A stretch of 64,000 nucleotides of DNA from Octopus sinensis (GCF_006345805.1 NC_043005.1:45508001-45572000), one strand, 5' to 3'. Shown: positions 13,950-26,721, numbered from the stretch's first letter. Numbers and translations are program-made. The notes: generated by a model not told the origin, from the sequence alone.

Positions 13950-14595
13950 TAAATATATATATCATCTTTATCATTCAACATCTCTTGTGTAAGACAGTTT
14001 GACTAGGACTGGTAAGCCAGAGCTTCACCAGGCTCCAGTCGTCCATCTTGGCTTGGTTTCTATGACTGGATGCCCTTCCTAATGCCAACAACTTTCAAGA
14101 GTGTACTGGGTGCCTTTTACATATCACTGGCAATAACCACAATTCACTTAGCTTGACATTTCTTCTCAAGTACAGCAAATCACCACACACACACACACAC
14201 ACACAATTCAAATAATAAGGAGACAAAGAAATTCTTTAACTCATCTTTAATAATTCATTACAATTGTTTCTGTAACAACTCTGCTTGCAATGCCAGTTTA
14301 CACAAAAATCCAAAGTGGAAATTTATGTAATGTTTGTGGTTATAGACATTAGAGTGGCACTTCATCAGATTTGCATCAAAGGTGAACCTTTATATATATA
14401 TATGTGTGTGTGTATGTATATATATGTATAGGCTATAGTAGAAGACACTTGCCCAAGGTGCCACACAGTGGGACTGAACAGGGAACCATGTGGTTCGTAA
14501 GTAAGCTACTTACCACGCAGCCACTCCCATGCCTATATATATTATATTTATATATTTATATATATATATACATAAATGTACATATATATATATAT

Positions 14596-14902
14596 ATATC
14601 ACGTGATCACATGACCGACTAGGCTATCAGATGTTGCTACGCATCGCTGGTCACAATGCGCTTCGCCTTGTTTTAGCCTTCAAATGACACCACCCTACTG
14701 GATAAGCAAGCAGGCCTACAGAAGAAAGAGTGAGAGAAAGTTATGTCGAAAGAGTACAGCAAAGATCGCCACCATCCCCTGCCGGAGCCTCGTGGAGCTT
14801 TAGGTGTTTTAGCTCAATAAACACTAACAATGCCCGGTCTGGGAATCGAAACCGTGATCCTACGACCGCTGCCCTAACCACTGAGCCATTGCGCCTCCAC
14901 AC
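14596..14902 (-). mobile_element. tRNA-derived SINE, family A' (family A head and body, different tail)
   Basis: Reverse complement matches 45724-45890 (ggaggcgcaatggc.cagtggttagggcag...gtttcgattcccagaccgggc...ctgctgtactct) and then switches to an unrelated tail. Confidence 0.85.
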
Positions 14903-15292
14903 ATGCAGACACACACACATATATATGTATGTATGTATGTATGCATGCATTTATGTATATGCATATAGTGAAGGCAAATGGCTTAGTGATTAAGGGTACA
15001 TGTGTCTGTAACTCTTAACACCCTCACATCATACCATCCAAGAGACATAGCTCCTAACCTAATCCCCTGGCCCTTTTTTGTTTCACCACCTTTTCCACAG
15101 CAGCCACTGACCAGTTGTGTTAATCCACCTCCAACAATAGAGAGCAGTTACTATATTCCCTTTCATATCAACTAACTCTGATGAGTGAAAGGTTGTATAA
15201 TCAGATTGTTGCCTAACACTCCATGGTATCCATTGCATGAAACCGATTGGTTAAGATCAGCTATGATGGATATATAATGCCATACATTTCAG

Positions 15293-15324
<32 letters not shown>

Positions 15325-16015
15325 CTAGCAGTTATACCCGTCGTTCATCGGATAATTACTTTTACTCTTTCTCAGGAGTCACATTCAAAGTATTATTATA
15401 TATATAATAGATTTCTCAATGGGGATTTCAGGGAAGAGTTTCAGGGAGTCGCTGGCGATGTATCGTGATGATCAAAAATCCGGCCTGCTAAAATTTGGTT
15501 AAAGTGATTCAAACTGCAAACTCAACGCAAAATGGTCACGTTTAATTCAAAGCGTTAAAAATGTTATGAAAACAATTGGTATGTTTTCACAAAGTCCAAA
15601 CGATTAATATGAAAAAACCCTCCAGGCTACATCCCGAAAATTTATTTTGTTGCCGAATTTCTACAATGTGTACGGCGATTCGTTTTTATATCTTGATTTT
15701 TTATTTTTAATGCAATTTACGCATTCTTGCACGCGTGGTGAACACAGTTCACGTCAAGCAGCTGACTGACTAAAGTTCACTATTCAATGCATGGGATAAG
15801 GCCTAAACAAACACATTATCGATTTTTGCACTTGCGAGATGAATTTCGGAACAAAAATAGCGCAGTTCAATTTTCGTTCGCCTAAACTTTAAGTGACCCA
15901 TTTTTGGTGGTTCTACAATTTGTTGGCTAGGAGGAGATGTGCCGGGAAGTTAAACACACAGACACACACACAGATACACACAGACACAGAAGTTGAGTTA
16001 TATATATATATATAT
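15325..16015 (-). mobile_element. non-autonomous Helitron-like element
   Basis: Minus-strand 3' end: imperfect GC hairpin (ccgatgaacgacggg) followed by CTAG (15325-15328). The 5' end, tatatata..aactcaacttctgtgtctgtgtg, resembles the 39748 element. Confidence 0.6.
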
Positions 16016-16190
16016 CTTGTCCTCTGTACCATATGTCTCCATCTCTATCTCCTTCTCATCAAAGGCTTCATTAAGAACACCTCAAAATTTCTGTCCTTTT
16101 GATGGATCCAAAGGATTCAAAGCTCGTTATGACCTGCCAGTACAGCTGCTGCTGCTGGATGCTGGATCATATCTATATAATCATTCATAT
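16015..16190 (-). mobile_element. RTE-clade LINE fragment (inverted relative to the adjacent RTE)
   Basis: Minus translation LDPSKGQKF*GVLNEAFDEKEIEMETYG, homologous to the plus-strand LKDFSNGQRFRDILNEAFDEKEVQMKICG at ~16570-16660. Confidence 0.7.
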
Positions 16191-16234
16191 AATATTTTAT
16201 GCAATGGTATCATATAGAAAACTCATATATATAT

Positions 16235-17030
16235 ATATGGGTTGGAAGCAATGGCAGTTTAGGTGGCTTAGGTATTCTTTTAGCAGAGAAATGGGTGGGC
16301 AATGGGATTGAGGTAGTCAGGATGTATGATAGAATTATTAAGCTAAGATTAGAAATGTTTAATGTAACAGTGTCCTTTATTTCTGCATATGTTCTACATG
16401 CAGACTCACAGATATTCAGGAAGAAACAGGGACAAACATGTGCTTGTGAATGCAAAGTCTTTCCCTGGTAAAGAATGTACAACTCAACATAGGTTAGTGG
16501 TTAGGGATTTCAGACTTTAGACAAGAAGGATCCCTAGACACAAACCGATATGGAAAAGGAGGTTATAGAAGCTCAAGGATTTTTCAAATGGGCAGAGATT
16601 TAGAGATATTCTTAATGAAGCCTTTGATGAGAAGGAAGTACAGATGAAGATATGTGGCATAACGAACATCTGGAAGTTCTTATCGGATAATCCACTGAAG
16701 ACAACAGACCAAGTCTGTGATTGGAGCAAAGCTCAAGGGTGATGTGGTGGTGGAACAATGAGGTTTACAGGGTCATAAAGAAGAAGAGACAGACTTGGAA
16801 TGAATGGAAGAGTGGGGACAGTAAAGAACCATATCAGATAGCTAAAAGAGAAGCTAGGCATCAGGTAAATCTAGCTAGGACAGAATTAGAAAGGAAGATG
16901 TTTGTCAATGTCTTAGGGCATAAAAACAGAGACTTCATGTGTTCCAGATTGCCAGACAGTGTGTTAGAGAGAATGAAGATGTTGTGTATGAGTGGATCAA
17001 GAAGCTTAAAAGTGACCCGACAAGCATGAC
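16235..17030 (+). mobile_element. degenerate RTE-clade LINE (APE endonuclease and linker region)
   Basis: WVGSNGSLGGLGILLAEKWVGNGIEVVRMYDRIIKLRL...ISAYV (APE domain) and WWWNNEVYRVIKKKRQTWNEWK...AKREAR, both typical of RTE ORFs; frameshifted and internally deleted. Confidence 0.85.
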
Positions 17031-17358
17031 ATTTAGAGAGAGCAGGACACCCATCAATTCATCAATTTCTACCACTGACGAGAAAAATTCAGCACACTAA
17101 TGGTGAACCGGTTCACCATTACAATCTCTTGGATTGCTGCTCTTTGTACTTCTTTGGTGCACATTACTATTGGAATGGCTATGCATACACTGTAAAGCCA
17201 GAAAGAAAAATGGCATGACCAGATTCAAACTTCAATCACATGACCACAATAGTACCAATTATAAGCACACATGCACAGAAGGCAGTGTGACAATGATAAA
17301 GATATGTTATGGTGAAAGAGCAGATAATTTTTGACTTTCCCTTGTATATATATGTATA

Positions 17359-18188
17359 TCATCATCATCGTTTAACGTCCGCTTTCCATGCTAGCATGGG
17401 TTGGACGATTTTGACTGAGAGCTGGCGAACCAGATGGCTGCACCAGGCTCCAATCTTGATCTGGCAGAGTTTCTATAGCTGGATGCCCTTCCTAACGCCA
17501 ACCACTCCGAGAGTGTAGTGGGTGCTTTTTATGTGCCACCAGCACGGGGGCCAGTCAGGCAGTACAGGCAATGACCTCGCTTGAATCTTTTTACTCATGC
17601 CACCAGCAGAGGTGCCAGTGAAGTGACGTTGGTAACGATCACGCTCAAATGGTGCCCTTTTACATGCCACGGGTACGGAAGCCAGTTAGCTGCTCTAGCA
17701 ACGATCACACTCGGATGGTGCTCTTGGCACCCTACTAGCACAGGCACAAGTGCCAGTAAGGCGTCGCTGGTAATGATTATATTCGAATGGTGCCCTTTTA
17801 TGTGCCACATCATGGAAGCCGGTTAGCTGTTCTGTCAATGATCACATTCATATGGTGCTCTTTGCACCCCCCAAGCATGGATGCCAGTCATCGAATTGAT
17901 TTTGATTTTGATTTCACTTGCCTCAACAGATCTTCGCAAGCAGAGTTTAGTGACCAAAGAAGTAAAAGGTACACATAAGCGGGCTGGTTATGCTCCTGGC
18001 ATAGGCCACAGGTTATGGTCTCATTTGGCTTGCCAGGTCTTCTCAAGCACAGCATATTTCCAAAAGTCTCGGTCGCTAGTCATTTCCTTGATGAGACCTA
18101 ATGTTCAAAGGTCGTGCTTCACCACTTCATCCCAGGTCTTCCTGGGTCTACCTCTTCCACAGGTTCCCTCAACCGCTAGGGTGTGGCA
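17359..18188 (-). mobile_element. 3' end of RTE LINE (C-terminus, 3' UTR, (GAT)n tail)
   Basis: Minus translation [27 protein letters not shown]...DRDFWK (RTE GRGRPKKTW motif). UTR ends ggttggcgttaggaagggcatccagc...ggacgttaaacgatgatgatg. Confidence 0.9.
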
Positions 18189-18345
18189 CTATATATATAT
18201 ATGTATATATTTATGCATATAAATATACATATATATGTATATGCATATATATATATATATATGTATGTATATGTGTATATATATACATACATACATATAT
18301 GTATAAATATATATGTATATGAGTATATATATATATATATATATA

Positions 18346-18490
18346 TGAAGGGCATCCAGCTGTAGAAACACTGCCAGATCTGACTGGCCTGGTGCAGCCT
18401 TCGGGCTTGCCAGACCCCAGTTGAACCGTCCAACCCATGCTAGCATGGAAAGCGGACGTTAAACGATGATGATGATGATGATGATGATAT
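18346..18490 (+). mobile_element. RTE 3'-tail fragment (family D)
   Basis: gaagggcatccagctgtagaaac...agcatggaaagcggacgttaaacgatgatgatg. Other copies at ~14000-14150, 20330-20600, 25240-25425, 34330-34590, 37090-37300, 45170-45290, 46225-46400, 47625-47800, 61460-61550, 61926-62070. Confidence 0.9.
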
Positions 18491-19017
18491 ATATATATAT
18501 TTATATATTAATTCACTGCTGAATTTTATTCGCTGCAGTTAGTTTTTGGCTTGGTGCACTAGTACGAGGACATTTGAATCGAAGTTACAATACATAATAG
18601 TGGAACTCTATGCACATGTATCCTCTCATGGAGATGGGTGGTGTGTAGTTCCATTTTTATGTATCAGCACTGATTTCACTGAAGAACCACAGACAATAAT
18701 TAAATTGTTTATGGCAAAACCTTAAGGTATGGAATTAAGTGCTACACTTATTTCTTTTCATTTATCTAGCTTGCAAACTTGAGAACACATTTTTCATGGT
18801 AGGATGGTTTGACATCTATTTTAGTATACAAGGGATCCACTTGGTGGTTTCTCCTCTTATTAATATTTAAATATAATTCAGTCCTCAGAGGTTCTTTTTA
18901 CGTAGGCTGACCACTGGTTCAAATTGGTATTATTTAATAATATTAATTTCTACTCTTATAATGTATATATATATATGAATGTACACATACACATACACAC
19001 TTACACACACACACACA

Positions 19018-19048
<31 letters not shown>

Positions 19049-19249
19049 CATGGAGGCATCTTTCAGTTTCCATCTATCCATCTACCAAAGGGACCAAACA
19101 TAAAAAGCATGTGGTTGGGAAGTATCTCAACCACATGGCTTTATGTTCAGTCTCACCATGTAGCCCCTAGGGCAAGAGTCTTCTACAATAACTTTTCAAC
19201 CACACAGCCCCCCACCTATGCCTGTATTCAAAGAGTGTGATTAATTGCT

Positions 19250-19950
19250 GTTTTTAGTTCTGGAATACTGTCAAACAGTGTAAGATTCAAACAGTTTGAA
19301 AATAAAATGCTGGATTTGGAAACAGCTGTTTTACAGCAAACCAGAACTTAGATTTTTAAAAATGCTAGCATTTATATTAGGATATCATAGTAAATACTCC
19401 AGCCATTGTAATGGAGGTCACCAATCAAGAACCTATTTTAACAGCTGCCTCATAGAATTGGAGACTTTTTAAGGGGTAGCTGTTGACATGACCATGGAAA
19501 ATTATTGAGCAAGAGATGCTTTATGTCACAAGTGTGAGAGGGTAAAACAAAATAGACCATTCTTCTCGGGTGTGCAAATCACATAATGAACTCACCGGAC
19601 GCCATTATAAACTAGGCAATAAGCCAATATGCAACACATTAACTTCTTCAACTATATTAATTTTTTCCACTTGTACACTCGTTGACATTGTAATTAACAA
19701 TCAATCAATGCAAGCTTTAGTTGACAGTGGAAGTACTGACAACTTTATCAAAGTTAATAGCCGACTGGTTTAGTCATTAAATCATTCAGAGGCAACATTG
19801 TGATGGCATCAATGCAGCTTAGTTTGAAAATTATGGAAATATGCAAAGTTAATATTCGATATGCTGAAAATTTGTACAAACAGCAGACACTGTTTAGATT
19901 TTATACTTGGAGAGATTTTCGTGTCTCAGTATTTTCAAATGACATTGAAC
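19250..19950 (+). mobile_element. degenerate Ty3/Gypsy gag-protease fragment
   Basis: ENKMLDLETAVLQQTR (gag), DALCHKC...HSSRVCKS (broken zinc knuckle) and VDIVINNQSMQALVDSGSTDNFIK (retropepsin DSG motif). Confidence 0.8.
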
Positions 19951-20931
19951 GTTAATGACCCCGAAGACCTTCAAGTGGTCATAGAAATGAGTAAAACAGT
20001 AGGGAGCACAGTTTGTAGTCCCAAATAATTCTTTCTACAATAGGCTCAGTGCCTGAAATATTTTTGGATTGGGCTTAGTCAAATTTCATCGAACCCAGTT
20101 TTTAACTGGTACTTATTTTATCAACACTGAAAGGATGAAAGGCAAAGTCAATGTTGGCAGAATTAGAATTCAGAATGTAAGGACAAAGGAAATACCTCTA
20201 AACACTTGTCCTGCATGCTAATGATTCTGCCAGTTCACGACCATTGTAGAAACAAATGATGGAAACCACAAACAATATTTTGCTATTGACAATATTTACT
20301 TTAGCTTGTATATAATCAACTACATCATCATCACCATCATCATCATCATTTATAGTCCATTTTCCATGCTGGCATGAGTTGGACAGTTTCACAGGAAGGG
20401 CTAAGCTGGAGAGCTACCCTAGGCTTCAACTGTGTTTCAGTATGGTTTCTACTGCTGGATGCCTTTCCTAATGTCAACCACTTTACAGAGTGCATTGGAT
20501 GCCGTGTATGTGGCACCAGGACTTTTATACATGACACCAGTGCAGGTGCATTTTCATGGCACCAGCATGGATGCTTTTTACATGGTACCAGCACCAGTGA
20601 TTAAAAACCATTTTTATCCTTGGGACAATTGTATCAGCTTTCCACTTAAAATATTTGTAAAATTTATTATGATTTCCAAATATGCTCCAAATTAAAATCT
20701 AAATTTCATAATGCTATGGATCAACATCTTGACTAGATTACTCGGGCAATGGAATGTATTTAACTGGATTTTGTGGGGCTTAAACAGTTGATGTTTCAAA
20801 TTAACTTTTGGTGACAGCTGATGAATACCCATGCTAATTTTTATTTTTCCTTGAGTTTATATCACCTTTCAGATTATTGCTCAATATCTACAAGTGCTAT
20901 TTTCTTTTTCCATTTCCATTTTCTCCTTCAC

Positions 20932-21326
20932 TATAGAAAGCACCAGGAATTGAGAAATTCTTCTGAATTTCCAGAGCTATCCATGGTGAAAGAAAAGCTC
21001 AGTGTTTACCAAAGTGCCAAATTTTCTAAGACATCAAGGAATTATGCTAAGTAGAATAACCTGTTGCAACACAAGAAAATATGGGGAATACCAGAGAACC
21101 AACCAGACAATATGGAAGCCAATATTGTTTGCTTCAAAACTGCTAAATTTCCAGATCTCTCATTGGTTAGGTTTAAGATCCTCTGGAGAACTTTATTGAA
21201 TTGTCCTCTATTCTCAGCAGCTATCAAGGAGATTTCTCATGATTGCTTATTTTGTCTTCCGATGATGCTCTCCATTTGGTATCTATTTACCCACTTCTTG
21301 GTTAATTTTTCCTGGCACTTTCTATA
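20932..21326. mobile_element. TIR-bounded Tc1/mariner-like relic
   Basis: Inverted termini tatagaaagcaccaggaa (20932-20949) and ttcctggcactttctata (21309-21326), 16/18 match. Internal KFPDLSLVRFKILW weakly resembles the SPDLNPLDF..W motif. Confidence 0.45.
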
Positions 21327-21359
21327 TACATAAATATATCCATACATTCATACGTGCAC

Positions 21360-21431
<72 letters not shown>

Positions 21432-21432
<1 letters not shown>

Positions 21433-21664
21433 TCACATTATTTACATTTGATGGATATTTGTCCTCATATTCTTTGTTGTTAACACATTTGGCTGATATA
21501 CCCTTCAGCCTTCATCAGTATCTTGGGAAAATTTCGAACCTGGGTTCTCATTCCAAAGGTATTTTTTGATGTTATTGTTGTTGTTGTTATTATTCAGGTC
21601 ACCGCCTGGAATCGAACTCGAAATCTTGTGGTTAGTAGCCTGCACTCTTAACCACTATGCCATA
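21432..21664 (-). mobile_element. tRNA-headed SINE family E with Penelope-like tail (left arm of palindrome)
   Basis: Minus strand: A box tggcatagtgg, B box gagttcgattcc, (AAT/AAC)n spacer, then ctgatgaaggctg...cagcc tail. Confidence 0.85.
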
Positions 21665-21666
21665 CA

Positions 21667-22021
<355 letters not shown>

Positions 22022-22047
22022 TGTGTGTGTGTGTATGTATGTATATA

Positions 22048-22252
22048 TATATAATCAAGACAACATAGAGAAGAATTATACATCTTCAAAATTTGTTTAT
22101 TACAGTATTATTCTCATTAAATTCACATTAGATTACAATCTGGTGCATGTTTCTGCTGACTCTAATGTGAATTTAATGAGAATGATTCTGGAATAAACAA
22201 ATTGTGAAGATGCATAATTCTCCATTCTTCATTATGATGTCTTGATTATATA
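22048..22252. mobile_element. palindromic (foldback) MITE-like element
   Basis: Perfect 23-bp inner arms 22110-22132 / 22161-22183. Pairing extends with few mismatches to 22072/22221, and with indels to TA-flanked ends tataatcaagac...gtcttgattata. Confidence 0.8.
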
Positions 22253-22443
22253 CTTTCTGTATGCCGTGAGGAATCCAGTGAAGTAAACTCAGGATTTATC
22301 TATCAAGTGAAGTACAGTGTAATTGTTTATCTTGAACAATTCTATATGTTCCCTATCATTTGATGTGGTTAGCCAGATCTGGATTATTTCAGAGTGCTGA
22401 TAAGGTATCTGCTTGGATTTTCCAAATCCCTACTCCTTTACAT

Positions 22444-22486
<43 letters not shown>

Positions 22487-22557
22487 ATGTATGTATGTGT
22501 ATATATATATATATATATATATAGTATATATATATATATATATTATATATATATATA

Positions 22558-23092
22558 CTGGGTCATCCCGTAACTAATGCAGGTTTTTATACTTCTTTTA
22601 TTTTTCAAGCTTAAGATAAACATTCAATTTTTAAAATCTAAAATATACTTTCTTTTATTTTCTACAATGCTCTTCCAAAATTCACTTGTCCTTGATTAAA
22701 AATACTCCTCCAGTGCTCATCTACAGAATTCATATTTTTTCCATCTAAATGATTTTGAAAACTGCAGAATGAATAATAATCAGATGGGGCAATGTCCAGC
22801 GAATATGGTAGGTGGGGCATTGTTTCCATTCAAACTGCTGCAGCCTTGGGAATGTCCTCTTCACTGATGTGGCGAACACTATCCTGATGAAAGAACACCT
22901 TTTGTTTTGAAACCAAAGATGGTCGTTTTCCTTCTAGCACTGACTTGAATGACTTGTTGAATGACCAAATCCAAGCATCACTGCTAGTTCTTCAACAGTT
23001 ATGGTGGGATTTTGTTCCACCAGGGTTTGCAGGACATCCTCATTGAGCTCTACAGATCTTCCAGGACAAGACCCATCTTCTAGGCTGTAGTT
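22558..23092 (-). mobile_element. internally deleted mariner transposon
   Basis: Minus translations LEDGSCPGRSVELNEDVLQTLVEQNPTITVEELA (HTH region) and PHLPYSLDIAPSDYY...QNHLDGKK (YSPDLAPSDY motif). TA plus TIR ctgggtcatcccgtaactaatgcaggttttt at 22556. Confidence 0.85.
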
Positions 23093-23094
23093 CC

Positions 23095-23260
23095 TGATAA
23101 TACAGTTCTATATTTAAGAGATGAGGAATTATGTACATTATTTATATTATTTACAATTGACGGACATTTGTCCTCATCTTGTTTGTTGTTAACACACCGT
23201 TTCGGGCATATAGCGTTGTGATTAAGAGTGTGGGCTACTAACCCCAAGATTCCGAGTTTG
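23095..23260. mobile_element. rearranged family E SINE (minus-strand tail fused to plus-strand head)
   Basis: 23095-23205 is the E tail on the minus strand, including ccGAAACggtgtgttaac; 23204-23258 is the E tRNA head on the plus strand. Confidence 0.8.
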
Positions 23261-23886
23261 TTAAAATTGACCAGCACTCTTCAAAACTTCCACTAAGAAT
23301 AAGGACAAGGTAAAATTACTACCTACTTTTATAGCAAGTTGATGCAGGTAATTTATTCCATCCTCTTCCAACTTTAGTTCATGCAATTAAAAAAGCCACA
23401 TTATTTATGGGATGCTCCAATACGTATTTATATATAGAGAGAGATTTAAATGATAAGGGTGAAAAATTGAATATTAATTTGATTAACATCAATTTAAAAT
23501 CAGTGGCCTAGCATATTGAAAAATCTGTAGATTCAGAAAAATTATATTACATACATATAAGTGTGATGACCACTAAGTGGACATACATTATGCTAGAGGT
23601 AGACCCCATATGGTCTGACTACTAAGAAAAGATTGTTTTCAAGAAAATTCAGCAAATGATCACGCTCAAATGGTGCTTTTAACGTTCCATTGGCACAGGT
23701 GCCAATCAGGCAGTATTGTCATCGGCCACTACAGCGATTTCACTTGCCTTAACAGGTCTTCGCAAGCATGCCTCAACAAGTCTTCACAAGCACCTCAACA
23801 GGTCTTTGCATATATCTATATATATCTTATATATATATATATATAATATATATATTATATATATATTTTATATTATATATATATGT

Positions 23887-23920
<34 letters not shown>

Positions 23921-24125
23921 ATATATAGTATTATATATATATATATATATTATATTGTTATATATATATATATATATATGTGCTTTCTGTGTGAATGGTA
24001 TTTTATATAATTTTTCTTTCATTTTATCTAGTTTCAGTTCACGAGCTGTGGCCATGCTGGGGCACCGCCATTATATAAGCTTAAAGCTTATATAAAATAT
24101 CATTATTATTATTTACAGATATATA

Positions 24126-24165
<40 letters not shown>

Positions 24166-24182
24166 TATATATACATACATAC

Positions 24183-24216
<34 letters not shown>

Positions 24217-24281
24217 GCACACACATATGCATACACACACATACATATATATATGTGTGTGTGTATACATATATATATATA

Positions 24282-24480
24282 TGACAGGGTGTTGGAAAGT
24301 TCTTGGTTTTAAGGGTATTACGAAAGACCTAGCTGGATGCCCAATCTTCAAAGTCCTTTTACAAGGTTTAGAAAAACTGAAGGACTGCTGCAGTAAGTTT
24401 GTGAATCTGAGTGGGGAATATGTTGAATAAAATTATAGTTAACTGATCCTCCTGTACTTTTTATTACCCAAGGCCAGGAA
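24282..24480 (+). mobile_element. mariner-derived MITE
   Basis: TIR-like start g.gtg(t/c)tg(g/a)aaagttc(t/c)tgg and transposase C-terminus GLEKLKDCCSKFVNLSGEYVE*. An inverted copy lies at 30650-30850. Confidence 0.75.
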
Positions 24481-24658
24481 ATATGTATGGTGAGCTTCTT
24501 TCAGTTTCTATCTACCAAATCTACTCACAAGACTCTCATCATTCCAATGGTATAGTAGAAGATACCTGCCCAAGGTGCCACTGAGTAAGACTGAACTCAG
24601 AACTATGTGTTTGAGAAGGGAAGTTCTTACCACACAGGTACACTTGCACCTGGGTGTG

Positions 24659-24723
<65 letters not shown>

Positions 24724-25422
24724 TGCGTAATAACAGGCTAATCAGATATGATATAATAATAATTCAAAGTAAATAACTTTGAAAAGGGCTTTTGTGGTTT
24801 CCCAGGGAATATTACCCTCGGGGGCACTAGTGTTGGTATATTTGTGAGTAAGTCACTAACTGAAATAAGTGGATCTATTGTTTAGGAAAATACTATTTAC
24901 TTGTTTAAGGGTTGTACTGGATAAATTACGAAAATAATTCTAACAGTTCAAATACTTAGAAATACGCATACTCAATTTGATTTATACCAAATGATATGGG
25001 TTATTTCCCTTGGCTGTTAAACTAAAATATATTAGTTATACATAAGAATTCCTTCCAGGAGCCTTATTATCGATTTTTTCAACAATCTGAGTATACCATG
25101 AGGTTTCCAGACATGAGTTCTACTCACATGTCTAGTTTCATCAAAATTGATAAAACGATGTGCAAACAAGCACACCCGCAGACAGAATTTCCCACATATG
25201 TAGCGTATATGTATATATATATATATATATATACATGGCGCATAAATAGTATCCATTACATTCTTGGAGTGGTTGGCATTAGGAAGGGCATCGAGCCATA
25301 GGGACCATGCCAAATCAGACTGGAACTTGATGCAGCTCTCCAGCTTACCAATTCCAACAAAACTGTCTAGTCCATGCCAGCATGAACAGCAGATGCTAAA
25401 GGATGACGATGATGATGATGAT

Positions 25423-25466
<44 letters not shown>

Positions 25467-26012
25467 TATACATATATACATACATACATACATACATACA
25501 TACATACATACATACATACATGTGTGTGTGTGTGTTTATTATCAGTTAGTTGTCCATAAGTCAGAAAAAAACATGTAAGTATGTCATGGAGTGTTGTGAA
25601 TGTAAGGTATGGCAGTGTTTAATATAGTGCTGCATTAGTGCAATATTTCACATAGTGTATTGTTTCATACAGGATAGTGTTTCGTGTGGGTTTACACATA
25701 GGTAGTGTAGTATTTCATGAAATCTAAAGCTTCATGTTGGTTAGTGTTTTTGTTGTGTAGTGTTTCATATGTGTGAAATCAAGTGGCGTAATTGTTTGGT
25801 TATGGTTTCAGTTCCCAGGCTGGAGTGGTGCATTGTGTTTTCTAGCAAAATACTTCATTTTATGATACCATATTCGACTCAGCTGAAAACCAGAACCAGC
25901 AATAGCTGAGGGTTGATTCTATGACAGGCTGGAGTCCTGTGCAAGGGAAGGTCTGTATTTGCTCCATAGTCATTTATATGCCATAGAAACTTGAATAAAC
26001 TTCATGATACAC

Positions 26013-26218
26013 TTAACCATTTAACATTCAGATTATTCTGTTATTCAGGTGTAGGAGTGGCTGTGTGGTAAGTAGCTTGCTAACCAACCACATGGTCCCG
26101 GGTTCAGTCCCACTGCGTGGCATCTTGGGCAAGTGTCTTCTGCTATAGCCTCGGGCCGATCAATGCATTATGAGTGGATTTGGTAGACGGAAACTGAAAG
26201 AAGCCTGTCGTATATATG

Positions 26219-26249
<31 letters not shown>

Positions 26250-26625
26250 TTGTGTGTCTGCTGTGTTTGTCCCCCTAGCATTGCTTGACAACCGATGCTG
26301 GTGTGTTTACGTCCCCGTCACTTAGCGGATCGGCAAAAGAGACCGATAGAATAAATACTGGGCTTACAAAAGAATAAGTCCCGGGGTCGATTTGCTCGAC
26401 TAAAGGCAGTGCTCCAGCATGGCCGCAGTCAAAATGACTGAAACAAGTAAAAGAGTAAAAGAGTAAAGAGAGTATGCAATGATTATATATTCACATTGTT
26501 TTGAATTAATCATGAAATATCTTGCAGCTTCAAGAGTTTGATGATATTGTATGTCATTCTTTGAAAGACATTGCAGAGTAGGTGTGAGGAGCCAGATATG
26601 GCCGGTTAAAATGCTGAAGGGTTAA
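26013..26625. mobile_element. TTAA-flanked piggyBac-like MITE, interrupted by a family C SINE
   Basis: TTAA at 26013-16 and 26622-25, ends ttaaccatttaacattcag / atgctgaagggttaa. Body homologous to 56530-57496. Confidence 0.65.
26049..26472 (+). mobile_element. tRNA-derived SINE family C, full length
   Basis: Head gtaggagtggctgtgtggtaag...gggttcagtcccactgcgtggca.cttgggcaagtgtcttct (CORE-like), internal (TA)n(TG)n, 3' gctccagcatggccgcagtcaaa.tgactgaaacaagtaaaagag. Partial copies at 14430-14536, 24490-24655, 34985-35135, 39310-39700, 41468-41700, 41940-42165, 43770-43940, 47825-48035, 58815-58960. Confidence 0.9.
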
Positions 26626-26721
26626 GGGCTTATTAAGTGTAAAGGGCCATGTGATATAATATTCAATGCAGATGCTTTTAAAGAGTCTACTGTTTCATGT
26701 AGGTTAAAAGTTCATGTAATA

